Shown piece by piece: positions 49,065 to 58,363 of a DNA stretch of 64,000 bases. This DNA is from a bacterium. Lineage in GTDB: Bacteria > UBP6 > UBA1177 > G963667425. The DNA is taken from NCBI GenBank assembly GCA_963667425.1, contig OY763407.1:2081142-2145141 (forward strand), written 5' to 3'. Both the position numbers and the translations under genes were made by a program. Each line of letters begins with the position of its first letter. Positions within the stretch are counted from its first letter, which is position 1. The notes under the pieces are model-generated. The model was not told the DNA's origin, made no database searches, and was given only the letters and a program-made list of their open reading frames with translations.

Positions 49065-49779
49065 CTTGAGACAAAACTCTCATTTCAATAAGAATCATTT
49101 TTGCCGCTTCCTGTTCTGCCGATTTCTTATTGCGGCCATTACCTTCAAAAGAATAACCCATTGCAGAACATCTGACAACAAAGGTTGCAGAATGTTCCGG
49201 TCCAATTTTATCAACAAGTTCATATTCAGGCAGAGGCATTTCAAGATTTTGAGCAATTTCCTGAAGTCTTGTTTTATAATCTCTGTTTATATGAAGTAGT
49301 AGTTCTTCTATATTACTGGATGCGGCAATCATTGGAGAAACAAGCTTATCAACTATACTAAATGCTTTGTTCCATCCGGATTCAATATAAATAACAGCTA
49401 AAGTGGATTCAAATATATCAGAAACTATTGAATCTTTTTTTCTGCCGTCTCCTTTTTCCTCACCTTTTCCAAGAAGAACCATATCATCAAGTTTAAGCTG
49501 TCTTGAAAGCATTGCAAGCCCGGATTCATCAATAAGATTGGCTCTTGCCTTTGTAAGACTTCCCTCTTCCGCATTTGGAAAAGCTCTGAAAAGAATTGTT
49601 GAAACAGCAAGTCCGACAACCTCGTCACCTAAAAACTCAAGTCTCTGATAACACTCTTCAACAGGAAAATCAGTTGAAGGATGACTTAACGCCTTCTGCA
49701 AAAGTAAATAATCTTTAAATTTATAATCCAAAGCTTCTTCAAGCTCTGCTATTGATTCCATATTAAGATAAAGTTCCAT
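49057..49779 (-). CDS. rnc: Ribonuclease III
   Basis: RNase III signature ERLEFLGDEVVGLAV. C-terminal dsRBD. Confidence 0.9.
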   Translation of the reverse strand: MELYLNMESIAELEEALDYKFKDYLLLQKALSHPSTDFPVEECYQRLEFLGDEVVGLAVSTILFRAFPNAEEGSLTKARANLIDESGLAMLSRQLKLDDMVLLGKGEEKGDGRKKDSIVSDIFESTLAVIYIESGWNKAFSIVDKLVSPMIAASSNIEELLLHINRDYKTRLQEIAQNLEMPLPEYELVDKIGPEHSATFVVRCSAMGYSFEGNGRNKKSAEQEAAKMILIEMRVLSQDV

Positions 49780-49782
49780 TAG

Positions 49783-50523
49783 CTAAAGAGTCCCCTTTCC
49801 AAGTGTAAACATTGCTATTCCGGCAGCAACAGAAGCATTTAAAGAATTTATTTCTCCATGCTGCTCAATTGAAACTATGTAATCGGAAATATTTAGAATA
49901 TACTGCCCGACAGCTTTTCCTTCACCACCAATTACAAGCATAAATTTATCAGGAAGTTCTTTTAAAGTAAGAGATTTTATATCCGTTGTTCCTGAACCGT
50001 CAAGAGAAAGTATTTTATATCCTTCATTTTTTGCTCTTTTTGCATATGTAGTGGAATTGCTATCCCTTGCAATATTAAGATGTTCTGTTGCTCCGGCACT
50101 CACTTTAACAACTGAGGGATATACATCCGGAACACCTTTAAGTGGAAGCATTATTGAATCAAATCCGAAAATTTCTGCAGATCTTATTATTGCTCCGACA
50201 TTATGGGGATCTTCAACATTGTCAAGCAGTAATATTCTTTTGGAGCTCAAAAGCGATTCAAATTTAACATAAGGATATGGAGAACACTTCAGAACAGATC
50301 CCTGATGTTCTTTTGTTTTAGAAAGCTGAAAAAGTCTATCCTTATCAACAACTGTTATTTTAACTTCTCTTGAATCAAGAAGAGAAATAAGCTTTTTGGT
50401 TCGTGCAGAATCATAAGTATCTTTACTTATAAAAGCTTCTTTTACATTTCTTCTTCCGCCTCTTAAAACTTCAAAACATGGATTTAATCCGTAAATATAT
50501 TCGTGCGAAGGTCTATCTTTCAT
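49783..50523 (-). CDS. rlmB: SpoU/TrmH-family rRNA 2'-O-methyltransferase (RlmB-like)
   Basis: SPOUT fold with DNVEDPHNVGAIIRSAEIFG and a C-terminal knot region (LNASVAAGIAMF). Confidence 0.8.
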   Translation of the reverse strand: MKDRPSHEYIYGLNPCFEVLRGGRRNVKEAFISKDTYDSARTKKLISLLDSREVKITVVDKDRLFQLSKTKEHQGSVLKCSPYPYVKFESLLSSKRILLLDNVEDPHNVGAIIRSAEIFGFDSIMLPLKGVPDVYPSVVKVSAGATEHLNIARDSNSTTYAKRAKNEGYKILSLDGSGTTDIKSLTLKELPDKFMLVIGGEGKAVGQYILNISDYIVSIEQHGEINSLNASVAAGIAMFTLGKGTL

Positions 50524-51217
50524 AATTTTCTATCTCTTTTTTAATTTCAATATATGCTTCAACAGGATTTTCAGCTTTCGTTACAGGCCTTCCTATAACA
50601 AGAAAATCGGCGCCCTTTTTTATTGCTTCAGCTGGAGTTGCAATTCTTTTCTGATCGTTGACATCAGAACCGGCAGGTCTTATTCCGGGAGTTAATATTT
50701 TAAATTCAGGCTTTACATTGTGTCTGATAAGCTCTATTTCAAGAGGAGAGGCAACAACACCGTCAAGACCTGAACTATCTGTAAGCATAGCAAGCCTTCT
50801 AACGTATTCAGACGGAGATTCATTTATTCCAAGCTCAGCTATATCATCTTTATCCATGCTTGTAAGAAGTGTTACCGCTAAAACAAGAGGTTTCAGATTT
50901 AACTCAGCTTTTTTTTCAGCAACTGCGCTCATCATTTTTCTGCCACCGATAGCATGAACATTAACTATTTTTACACCAAGATCGGAAGCTGCCATTACTG
51001 CCGAAACCACTGTATTAGGTATATCATGGTACTTCAAATCAAGAAAAACATCAAAATTCATTTTTACCAGTCTGTTCACAAAATCAGGGCCTGCCGCTGT
51101 AAAAAGCTGTTTACCAACTTTAAAAGAAGCGTTCATTCCTCTAAATTTATCAACAAGTTCCATTGCCTTTTTTTCATTTTCAAAATCAAGCGCAATATAA
51201 ATATCACCTTTTTTCAT
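50513..51217 (-). CDS. pyrF: Orotidine 5'-phosphate decarboxylase
   Basis: IALDFENEKKAMELV, the catalytic DLKYHDIPNT, and a C-terminal GADFLVIGRP. Confidence 0.9.
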   Translation of the reverse strand: MKKGDIYIALDFENEKKAMELVDKFRGMNASFKVGKQLFTAAGPDFVNRLVKMNFDVFLDLKYHDIPNTVVSAVMAASDLGVKIVNVHAIGGRKMMSAVAEKKAELNLKPLVLAVTLLTSMDKDDIAELGINESPSEYVRRLAMLTDSSGLDGVVASPLEIELIRHNVKPEFKILTPGIRPAGSDVNDQKRIATPAEAIKKGADFLVIGRPVTKAENPVEAYIEIKKEIENYER

Positions 51218-51227
51218 CTTCTTATCC

Positions 51228-52295
51228 TTACTCTTCCGGAGCGATTCTTACTCTATATGTACCTGTTGCATCATCATTTTCTATGCTTTTAGTGTAAACT
51301 TTTATGTAAAGTTTCTGATCTTTATAATCCATAGTAACTGAAGGCATTTCACCATCTTCATATGCTTTATCAGTCATTTCGAACCACTGTGTCTCAAGAT
51401 CATCTTTATAACCTTCCGCCTGAACATCTGCAGTATAGTGTTTTGTTCCTGAAGAACCAAGTTCTTCCCATTGAACTTTGTATGCCACGCCACCTTCTCT
51501 TGCAAGAAAGTAAAACCATCTTATCTCTCCGGCTTTTGTTTCAACATCTGTTGTCCAAACTCCCTGAAGAACTTTCTGGTACAGAGATGTTTCTATTCTC
51601 CATGAATAATCCTGCACAAGTGTAGCGCCATTTACAGCTGTTGCTCCAGCTTTTACTGTTATAAAATATGTACCGCCATAATCAACAGAAATCTCTGATG
51701 TAAAAAATCTTTTATAGCTGTTATCTGTAAAAAGCCCATGTTCTACAGGTGTTTCTTCTCCCGTTTTGTTGATTTCAATATCAACAGTAGAAGGAATCAT
51801 AGGATGTGTAAAAAGTACCTCTACAACAACTTTTTCACTACCGGCGGTGCCAAGATCCAAAGCACCTTCAGGAGAAACACTTTCTATGCCGACAAGCCCT
51901 GAAGGGAGATCTCCCCAGTCAATATCGGGTACTTCATCAGTATCAGCAGAAATAATAAGATTTTCATCAGGATTATATTCCGCATCGTTCTCTTCATCTG
52001 AAGTAACGTCAGAATCTCCGGCTTCACCAGGAAGACAAAGTTTCTTTTCAGTATCGCAGTAAAAACCTGAAGAACAAGCCTCATTTGTAAGACATGAAAA
52101 AGCATTGGTACAAACACCCGTTTTTTCACCAAGGTCATTAATTTTTCCGACAGAATAGTCACAATACTGGTTTGTTTCACAATTATTTACATGACCTTCT
52201 ATGCAGACGGTTTCTGAATCTTTTTTCTCATCACAAGCTGCAAAAATAAATAAAAGCAAGCTGATAAACAAAAAGAAAAAGATATTGTTTTTCAT
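51228..52295 (-). CDS. Secreted lipoprotein with a Cys-rich and acidic N-terminal region (hypothetical)
   Basis: Lipoprotein signal (LLLFIFAAC). At least 12 Cys in the first 90 residues, then a D/E-rich linker and a beta-rich C-terminal domain. Confidence 0.5.
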   Translation of the reverse strand: MKNNIFFFLFISLLLFIFAACDEKKDSETVCIEGHVNNCETNQYCDYSVGKINDLGEKTGVCTNAFSCLTNEACSSGFYCDTEKKLCLPGEAGDSDVTSDEENDAEYNPDENLIISADTDEVPDIDWGDLPSGLVGIESVSPEGALDLGTAGSEKVVVEVLFTHPMIPSTVDIEINKTGEETPVEHGLFTDNSYKRFFTSEISVDYGGTYFITVKAGATAVNGATLVQDYSWRIETSLYQKVLQGVWTTDVETKAGEIRWFYFLAREGGVAYKVQWEELGSSGTKHYTADVQAEGYKDDLETQWFEMTDKAYEDGEMPSVTMDYKDQKLYIKVYTKSIENDDATGTYRVRIAPEE

Positions 52296-52375
52296 CTTTT
52301 ATTCCTCATAAAAAACAAGCATGACTGATTTTAATTGAAAAGGTCAAAATGTCAAACCTCGTAACATAATTAAAT

Positions 52376-52993
52376 TTAAAACAAAGACCCTTTTATTACG
52401 CCCCGTAGTGCATTTGTAAAATATAAATCACCTTTCTTAAGCATATCAGCATCAATATTTGTCTCAACCACAGTGATTTTCTTTAATTTTAAATAATATA
52501 TAAATTTTCTTCTGCAAATTCCGTCAACAATTCTTCCATCAGCCTTAGGAGTAAAAAAGACATCATCAATATTTATAAAGACATTGTTATAGCTCCCTTC
52601 AAGAACAGTACCGGAAGACCTTTCAATCAAAATGACTTCTTCAGTGTGACCTGAAACGTGTGAAAGAAAGGGAAAACGCTTAAATTTACCTTGAGAAAAC
52701 TCAATTTCTTTTAACCTTACTGAATACTTTTCAAATTTTTGAGGCAAAGGAAAGAGATTAAGAGTTAACCCTTTAAATCTGTCAAGCACAAGCTGTAAAC
52801 GACAACTATCTTCCCCTTGCTCTTTTATAAAACCAAATACTTTTTCCTTAAAATCTGAAAAATCATAATTAAAATCCAGCTCTAAAGAAGCCTGTTTTAA
52901 TCTTAAAAAATGTTCCTGAAACCAGACAGGAGAAAAATTCTCAACTCTGGCTGTGGTAAAAACAGAGTTAATCAAAAAGAATTTCCCATTCAC
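52376..52993 (-). CDS. pabC: Class IV aminotransferase-fold protein, probable aminodeoxychorismate lyase (short form)
   Basis: Weak fold-type IV similarity. Called mainly from its position directly downstream of pabA-pabB, overlapping pabB by 26 nt. Confidence 0.5.
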   Translation of the reverse strand: MNGKFFLINSVFTTARVENFSPVWFQEHFLRLKQASLELDFNYDFSDFKEKVFGFIKEQGEDSCRLQLVLDRFKGLTLNLFPLPQKFEKYSVRLKEIEFSQGKFKRFPFLSHVSGHTEEVILIERSSGTVLEGSYNNVFINIDDVFFTPKADGRIVDGICRRKFIYYLKLKKITVVETNIDADMLKKGDLYFTNALRGVIKGSLF

Positions 52994-54386
52994 TGAAAAT
53001 ATTCAGAAAACTTCTGGTTTTTGTAAGAGATTCCTCAAGCTCAAGCTCCGGTTCACTAAGCCATGTAATTCCGCCGCCGGCATTATAAAACAGAGTCTCG
53101 CCATCTCTTTGTATTGTTCTTATAGGAATATTAAAAACAGAATTTCCATTAACACCGACCCAGCCTATTGCGCCGGTATAAACTCCACGTTTATATTTCT
53201 CTATTTTAGAAATAATATTAACAGCTGAAATCTTTGGAGCGCCTGTTATTGAGCCCCCCGGAAACAGAGAAAGAAAAACATCAAGCCCTTCTACATCATT
53301 AATTTTACCGGTTATAGAAGAAAAAAGATGAAAAAGTGTTGGGAATTCCATGATTCTTGCATGAAAATCTACCGTAACACTACCTGGCACAGATATTTTA
53401 CCAATATCATTTCTGATAAGATCTACTATCATTGCAAGCTCAGCCCGGTCTTTCTCACTATGGATAAGCGTTTCAGAAAGCAAAAGATCTTCTTTAATAT
53501 TTCCACTCTTTCTTATTGTTCCTTTTATTGGAAAAGAACTTACTTTGGAACCGTTCTTCAAAGAAATCAGACATTCGGGAGAAATAGAAATTATTTCGTA
53601 ATTATCTCCGTTTATGAATGCTGCAAAATCAACAAGATTCATTGTAAGATAGCGGTAAAAAAGTTCCGAAGAAGAAATTGATGAAGTGGCAACAAACGGG
53701 TATGTATAATTTATCTGGTACACATCGCCATTAGAGATATATTCTTTTATTTTATTTATATCATTGAAATAATCTTCTTTTTTTACAAGTGCTCTGGCAG
53801 ATATTTTTTCACTTGTAAAAGGATATTCCGTCCTTGACAAAATATCATAAACTTCATTTTTTAATCTTTCATAACGCTCTTTGGCAGATTCTTCGGAAAC
53901 AGATGTTTCAAAAGCATAAATAGAAGCATTATTAAGTTCATTGTCAACAACTAAAAAAGTATCTGAAAAAACAAAATAAAAATCAGGAATATCAAGTAAA
54001 GCTTCTTTTGGACTTTCAGTGTTCAGAAAATAGGAATGGGAATCATAAGAAACCCAGCCTGAATAAAACGGTGCAGGAAAATTCAGATCTTTCATTCTGC
54101 TGTTTAATGTAAAAATCTCAGATAAAGAATCTCTAAAATCTCTAGTTATAATTTCATCTGTATTATTATGATACCACTTCCTTTCCTGTATACCATTTTT
54201 GTAACTTACTGAAAAAATAGGATTAAGTAAAAGAATTGAATAACGCCCCATGTCTTTATCAAGATAAGAACTGTAAAGAAGAACTCTTCCCTTTTTCTGC
54301 CCGGTAAGAAAAGAAAGTTCCCTTAACTTAGGAACTTCATTTATTTTATAATACAAATAATTTGATATCGTTATATTTAACATCAC
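52968..54386 (-). CDS. pabB: Aminodeoxychorismate synthase component I (chorismate-binding enzyme)
   Basis: Chorismate-binding C-terminal domain with PGGSITGAPK and the AGGGITWLSEPELE...E motifs. Confidence 0.8.
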   Translation of the reverse strand: MMLNITISNYLYYKINEVPKLRELSFLTGQKKGRVLLYSSYLDKDMGRYSILLLNPIFSVSYKNGIQERKWYHNNTDEIITRDFRDSLSEIFTLNSRMKDLNFPAPFYSGWVSYDSHSYFLNTESPKEALLDIPDFYFVFSDTFLVVDNELNNASIYAFETSVSEESAKERYERLKNEVYDILSRTEYPFTSEKISARALVKKEDYFNDINKIKEYISNGDVYQINYTYPFVATSSISSSELFYRYLTMNLVDFAAFINGDNYEIISISPECLISLKNGSKVSSFPIKGTIRKSGNIKEDLLLSETLIHSEKDRAELAMIVDLIRNDIGKISVPGSVTVDFHARIMEFPTLFHLFSSITGKINDVEGLDVFLSLFPGGSITGAPKISAVNIISKIEKYKRGVYTGAIGWVGVNGNSVFNIPIRTIQRDGETLFYNAGGGITWLSEPELELEESLTKTRSFLNIFSEWEILFD

Positions 54387-54394
54387 ACCTTAAA

Positions 54395-54967
54395 TCAAAT
54401 CAAAAAGTTACCAAGAACCACTATGCCGTAATCTGTTATGAAAGATTCAGGATGATACTGAACACCTTCACAAAAAAAAGCGCCTTTTTCCTTTATTCCC
54501 ATTATATTTCCACTTGAACCTGTCGCCGTAACAACAAGCTTTGAATTATCTACATCCTCAACACACAGAGAATTGTATCTTGCAGCACAAAAATCCTGAG
54601 GCACGCCATAGTGAAGACCATCATTATTGTGATGAATCTTTTCACACCTTCCATGTACAGGATCTTTTTTAACAACAGAAGCGCCATTAAGATAAGCAAT
54701 TAACTGCATTCCAAGGCAAACCCCCATAACAGGAATTTTATCTTTAAAATAAAGTACCGCATCAACAGAAAGAGCAGATGCATCAGGATGACCAGGACCA
54801 GGAGAAATAATAAGATGAGAAAAAGACTTCTTTTTAAGCTCGTTTATGGAAAGCTCGTCATTTTTATATACGGTACAGTTGGCATATTGAGCATAAAACT
54901 GATACAGATTAAAGGTAAAGCTATCATAATTATCTATAATAACCACTTTTTTTTCTTTATCCGACAT
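54395..54967 (-). CDS. pabA: Glutamine amidotransferase (anthranilate/ADC synthase component II)
   Basis: Class I GATase with GVCLGMQ nucleophile and an HPE triad motif (QYHPES). Confidence 0.85.
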   Translation of the reverse strand: MSDKEKKVVIIDNYDSFTFNLYQFYAQYANCTVYKNDELSINELKKKSFSHLIISPGPGHPDASALSVDAVLYFKDKIPVMGVCLGMQLIAYLNGASVVKKDPVHGRCEKIHHNNDGLHYGVPQDFCAARYNSLCVEDVDNSKLVVTATGSSGNIMGIKEKGAFFCEGVQYHPESFITDYGIVVLGNFLI

Positions 54968-55050
54968 AATTTCTCCATAAAACGAAGATGAGAAAGAATA
55001 GTTTAATAAAAAAGTTTTATCAAGTTTATAAAATCAAAAAAATTTTTTGT

Positions 55051-56139
55051 TTATAAGTTTTCTGAAACAAAATCAATTGTACCTGCAAAAAGGACAGTAT
55101 CATAATCATACGCAACAGCAGTCTGTCCTGGCGTAATTGAAAGCTGCGGTTCATCAAAAACGATTTTTGCGGAATTAGCGTCAACAGGCACAATCAAAGC
55201 TTGAGACTCTTTATGTTTCTGCCTTATCTTGACACTTGCCTTAAATGGCTCTGAAAAGGAACAGACACCTGAAAGATTAATATTTTTAACAATAAAAGTT
55301 TTTGAAAAAAGTTTGTCTTTATCCGAAATAACAACCTCATTTCTTTCATAATCAATTTTGTTGACATAAACAGGATGCCCCATAGCTGGAAGACCTTTGC
55401 GCTGACCAACAGTATAATTTATTATTCCATTATGCTTTCCGACAATTTTACCATCATAATTTAAAATATTGCCAGATTTAAAATCTTTATCGGAAAAAAG
55501 AAGTTTATATTCGCCACCCATAAAATCCTGACTCTCTTTCTTTTCAGAAATATCAAGCCCAACAGAAGCAGCTATTTTTCTGACATCACTTTTAGTTAAA
55601 CCATAAAGGGGAAAAATTGTTCTTGAAAGCTGCTCTTTTGTAAGAAAAGAAAGGAAATAAGATTGATCCTTATCTGCCGGAACAGCCTTCTTTAACAGAA
55701 AGAGACCAGATTCATCATCTTTTTCAATTCTTGCATAATGACCAGTAGCAAAAAAAGCCTCTTTGGCAAAGAAATCAAGAGCCTTTTTAAAAAGAAATCC
55801 AAATTTAATATATCTGTTACATAAAACGCATGGATTAGGAGTCCTGCCTCTGCGATATTCATCCTTCATTTTTTCAATAATAAAAGATTTGAACTCTGCT
55901 CTAAGATCGATAACCTCAAATGGAATACCAAGCCTTTTTGCAAGATCTCTTGTAAATTCTATATTTTCCGGCTCAGCTTTACTAAAACAACTGTTAGCAG
56001 GAGTATTTAAGTTCAAAGATTCATCATAAAGACGCATAATCACGCCAAAAACATTATAACCTCTCTCTTTTAACAAAAGAGCTGAAGCAGTACTGTCAAC
56101 TCCGCCACTCATTCCAACAATAACATTTTTTAAAGACAC
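55051..56139 (-). CDS. mnmA: tRNA-specific 2-thiouridylase
   Basis: PP-loop SGGVDST and catalytic Cys residues. 362 aa. Confidence 0.9.
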   Translation of the reverse strand: MSLKNVIVGMSGGVDSTASALLLKERGYNVFGVIMRLYDESLNLNTPANSCFSKAEPENIEFTRDLAKRLGIPFEVIDLRAEFKSFIIEKMKDEYRRGRTPNPCVLCNRYIKFGFLFKKALDFFAKEAFFATGHYARIEKDDESGLFLLKKAVPADKDQSYFLSFLTKEQLSRTIFPLYGLTKSDVRKIAASVGLDISEKKESQDFMGGEYKLLFSDKDFKSGNILNYDGKIVGKHNGIINYTVGQRKGLPAMGHPVYVNKIDYERNEVVISDKDKLFSKTFIVKNINLSGVCSFSEPFKASVKIRQKHKESQALIVPVDANSAKIVFDEPQLSITPGQTAVAYDYDTVLFAGTIDFVSENL

Positions 56140-56236
56140 AGATAACCTCTCAAAAAAAATCAGGTAATTTTAACTTTGGAAAGATAAATGTCAACTGGAG
56201 AAACAAAAGCATAAAAAATTACAGAGAACACATATT

Positions 56237-57841
56237 TTAATTACTACCACATTCATGTTCACCTGTCTTTATGTTTTTAGGACATTCATGATTTGGAGTG
56301 TAATCATCATATGGGCAGACTTCTGGGTGAAGGTCACAGTAACATTCCATATCTCTTAAATGAAGTTCAGGGTTACCGGGTAACTGCCATGCTATGTAAT
56401 GTCCATAAAGCTCTGTCCATGAGCCGGATATTCTATCTTCTAATTCTGGGCAGTAACTTTTTTCTTCGTCTATTCGGTAAAAGCAGGCTATATTTCTTTG
56501 ATTATCTGAATCGCCATCTTCCCATACTATATTTATATAAGAAATAAGATTACCTTTTGCAAACATAACAGCCAGAGCATTTGTATCTTCATATGTTTTA
56601 GTTACAGAAAACTTTTTATATTCTCCTGTTGATGTATCCAGTCTCATAAATCCATCTGTCATATCTACAGGTGAAAAATAAATAAGATTTTTGTTTTCAG
56701 TGTCCACCCATGACTGTCTTATCTCTTCCATTGTTTCACCAATGGTTCTATTTATCAGTTTGCATTCATCAAGTGACTTTGGTTCTTTGTCAAGTTCGCA
56801 TATGTAACCTTTAAATCCATCTCCGTAAAATACAAGCCTGTCATCAACTATGTTGGGATCATTGGCAACACCTTCTCCTAAACTTATCCAGCTCCATGCT
56901 ATGTTTTCATAACTTGCGCTTCCATCATGCTCTTTCACTGCTGCATATTTCATATAAACTGATTCATCATCTTTTTCTCTTATATTGGCAAATGCCCATT
57001 TATCTGTAAGTGCTGGTGTATAGGCAATATTCCTTATAGTGTTTGGATATACAAATGTATAGGTTCCATTAGAGTAGTAAGTTAAAATTCTCTTTACAGT
57101 ATCTTTTATTGTTACATAAGTTAAAAATTTACCATTGTTATACGCAAGCATATCTGAGGAAGTTATACTTTTTACACTGTACTTTTTTGTTTTAACATCA
57201 TATTCAAATGCTTTGCTCTGATTTACATGCCAGTCTGTTTCAGGACCTACATGTGCCATTGTAAAACCTATTTTACCTTCCTGAAAGTTAAAACTTTTCA
57301 TGGTGTAAATAGCTGTTTCCCAACCATTAGGGTTGTTGGCATTTAATGCCATATCACAGGTCTGATTTGTTAAGGAAAGATAGTTTGTTCCTTCTCCTTC
57401 ATAGGTTGGTATTAAATTATCCATATCACATGGATAACCACAGCAGTCAAGCTGAGGATATTTTGTGCACAGCTCCTCATTATCCTCTTTCCAGAGGTTA
57501 CTTAAACACTGCGGATTGTTTGAAGTTGGAGTGTCACAGCCTTCTCTGCAGAAGTGAAGGTTACCTTTGTCATCTTTAAATGGAAGTAAAGAGTAGTCTA
57601 TCACCTTAGCGCAGATGTCATCTGTGTCAGGCTCTTCTGTGTCAGAATCAGATTGAATGTCAATATCCTCATCTGGAGGTTGGTCTTCATCAGGAGCTGA
57701 AGCGTCTTCATCTTTAGCTGTATCTATGTCTGTTATAACGTCAGCATCTGTTTCTGACTTGTTGTCATCACAGCTTAATAATGAAAGGATTACAATAATT
57801 ATTAGCAGTGCGTTTTTCATTATGTTCTCACATTTAACCAT
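56237..57841 (-). CDS. Secreted lipoprotein, acidic low-complexity N-terminal region followed by a Cys-rich, aromatic-rich beta domain (hypothetical)
   Basis: Signal with lipobox (LSLLSC), a D/E/T-rich 60-aa linker, then about 20 Cys and many W/Y. Resembles the 51228-52295 protein in organisation. Confidence 0.5.
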   Translation of the reverse strand: MVKCENIMKNALLIIIVILSLLSCDDNKSETDADVITDIDTAKDEDASAPDEDQPPDEDIDIQSDSDTEEPDTDDICAKVIDYSLLPFKDDKGNLHFCREGCDTPTSNNPQCLSNLWKEDNEELCTKYPQLDCCGYPCDMDNLIPTYEGEGTNYLSLTNQTCDMALNANNPNGWETAIYTMKSFNFQEGKIGFTMAHVGPETDWHVNQSKAFEYDVKTKKYSVKSITSSDMLAYNNGKFLTYVTIKDTVKRILTYYSNGTYTFVYPNTIRNIAYTPALTDKWAFANIREKDDESVYMKYAAVKEHDGSASYENIAWSWISLGEGVANDPNIVDDRLVFYGDGFKGYICELDKEPKSLDECKLINRTIGETMEEIRQSWVDTENKNLIYFSPVDMTDGFMRLDTSTGEYKKFSVTKTYEDTNALAVMFAKGNLISYINIVWEDGDSDNQRNIACFYRIDEEKSYCPELEDRISGSWTELYGHYIAWQLPGNPELHLRDMECYCDLHPEVCPYDDYTPNHECPKNIKTGEHECGSN

Positions 57842-57989
57842 TTTTTATCATTTAACGACCTCAGTATATCATTTGCACTATAATGTGCCATGTTTTTATT
57901 GTGTTTCTGAGTCTTTTTCTCTGTTTTAACATATCCGGAGCTTTTTTTTAATGATTCATTCCTTTTCTGCTCATAAATTTTCTTTGTCT

Positions 57990-58330
57990 GCGTGTTGCAG
58001 ACGTCCGTCTGCACAACTATAAAGCTTTCCGCATCGGACTTAATTATGTGCCCCGGACTTTTAACGGGCTCCGTCGTGCAAATATCGTTGTGCCTTTTAT
58101 TTTTAGAGCTTGCCGCAGCGGTTTTAACGGGCTTGGAGTTTGCGTCGTAGCTTGTTGCAGCGGGAAAATTGCTTTCCGTTTTGATTTCAGAGCACGTTGC
58201 AACGGTTTTAATGTTGTCTGAAATTGTTTTTGAGTACGTTGCAGTTAAAAAAATGTTCTCTGTTTTCATTCAGGAGCTTGTTGCAGTAAAAGTATTGTGC
58301 TTTTTCATAGAAGAATTCTGTTTTTCGGTG
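57990..58330. repeat. Degenerate tandem-repeat array (about 40-45 bp period, 6-7 units built around a (c/t)gttgca(g/a)c core) plus an adjacent 12-bp imperfect palindrome
   Basis: Units start near 58105, 58142, 58189, 58232 and 58272 (for example agagcttgccgcagcggttttaacgg / agagcacgttgcaacggttttaatg). Palindrome gttgcagacg-tc-cgtctgcacaac at 57994-58017. Confidence 0.6.
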
Positions 58331-58363
58331 TATTTTTTCATTTTTGCAGAGCTGAGAGGAGAA

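Noticed and set aside
57990-58330. CRISPR array
   Set aside because: The repeats are degenerate, contiguous and of variable length, with no unique spacers, and there are no cas genes anywhere in the window.
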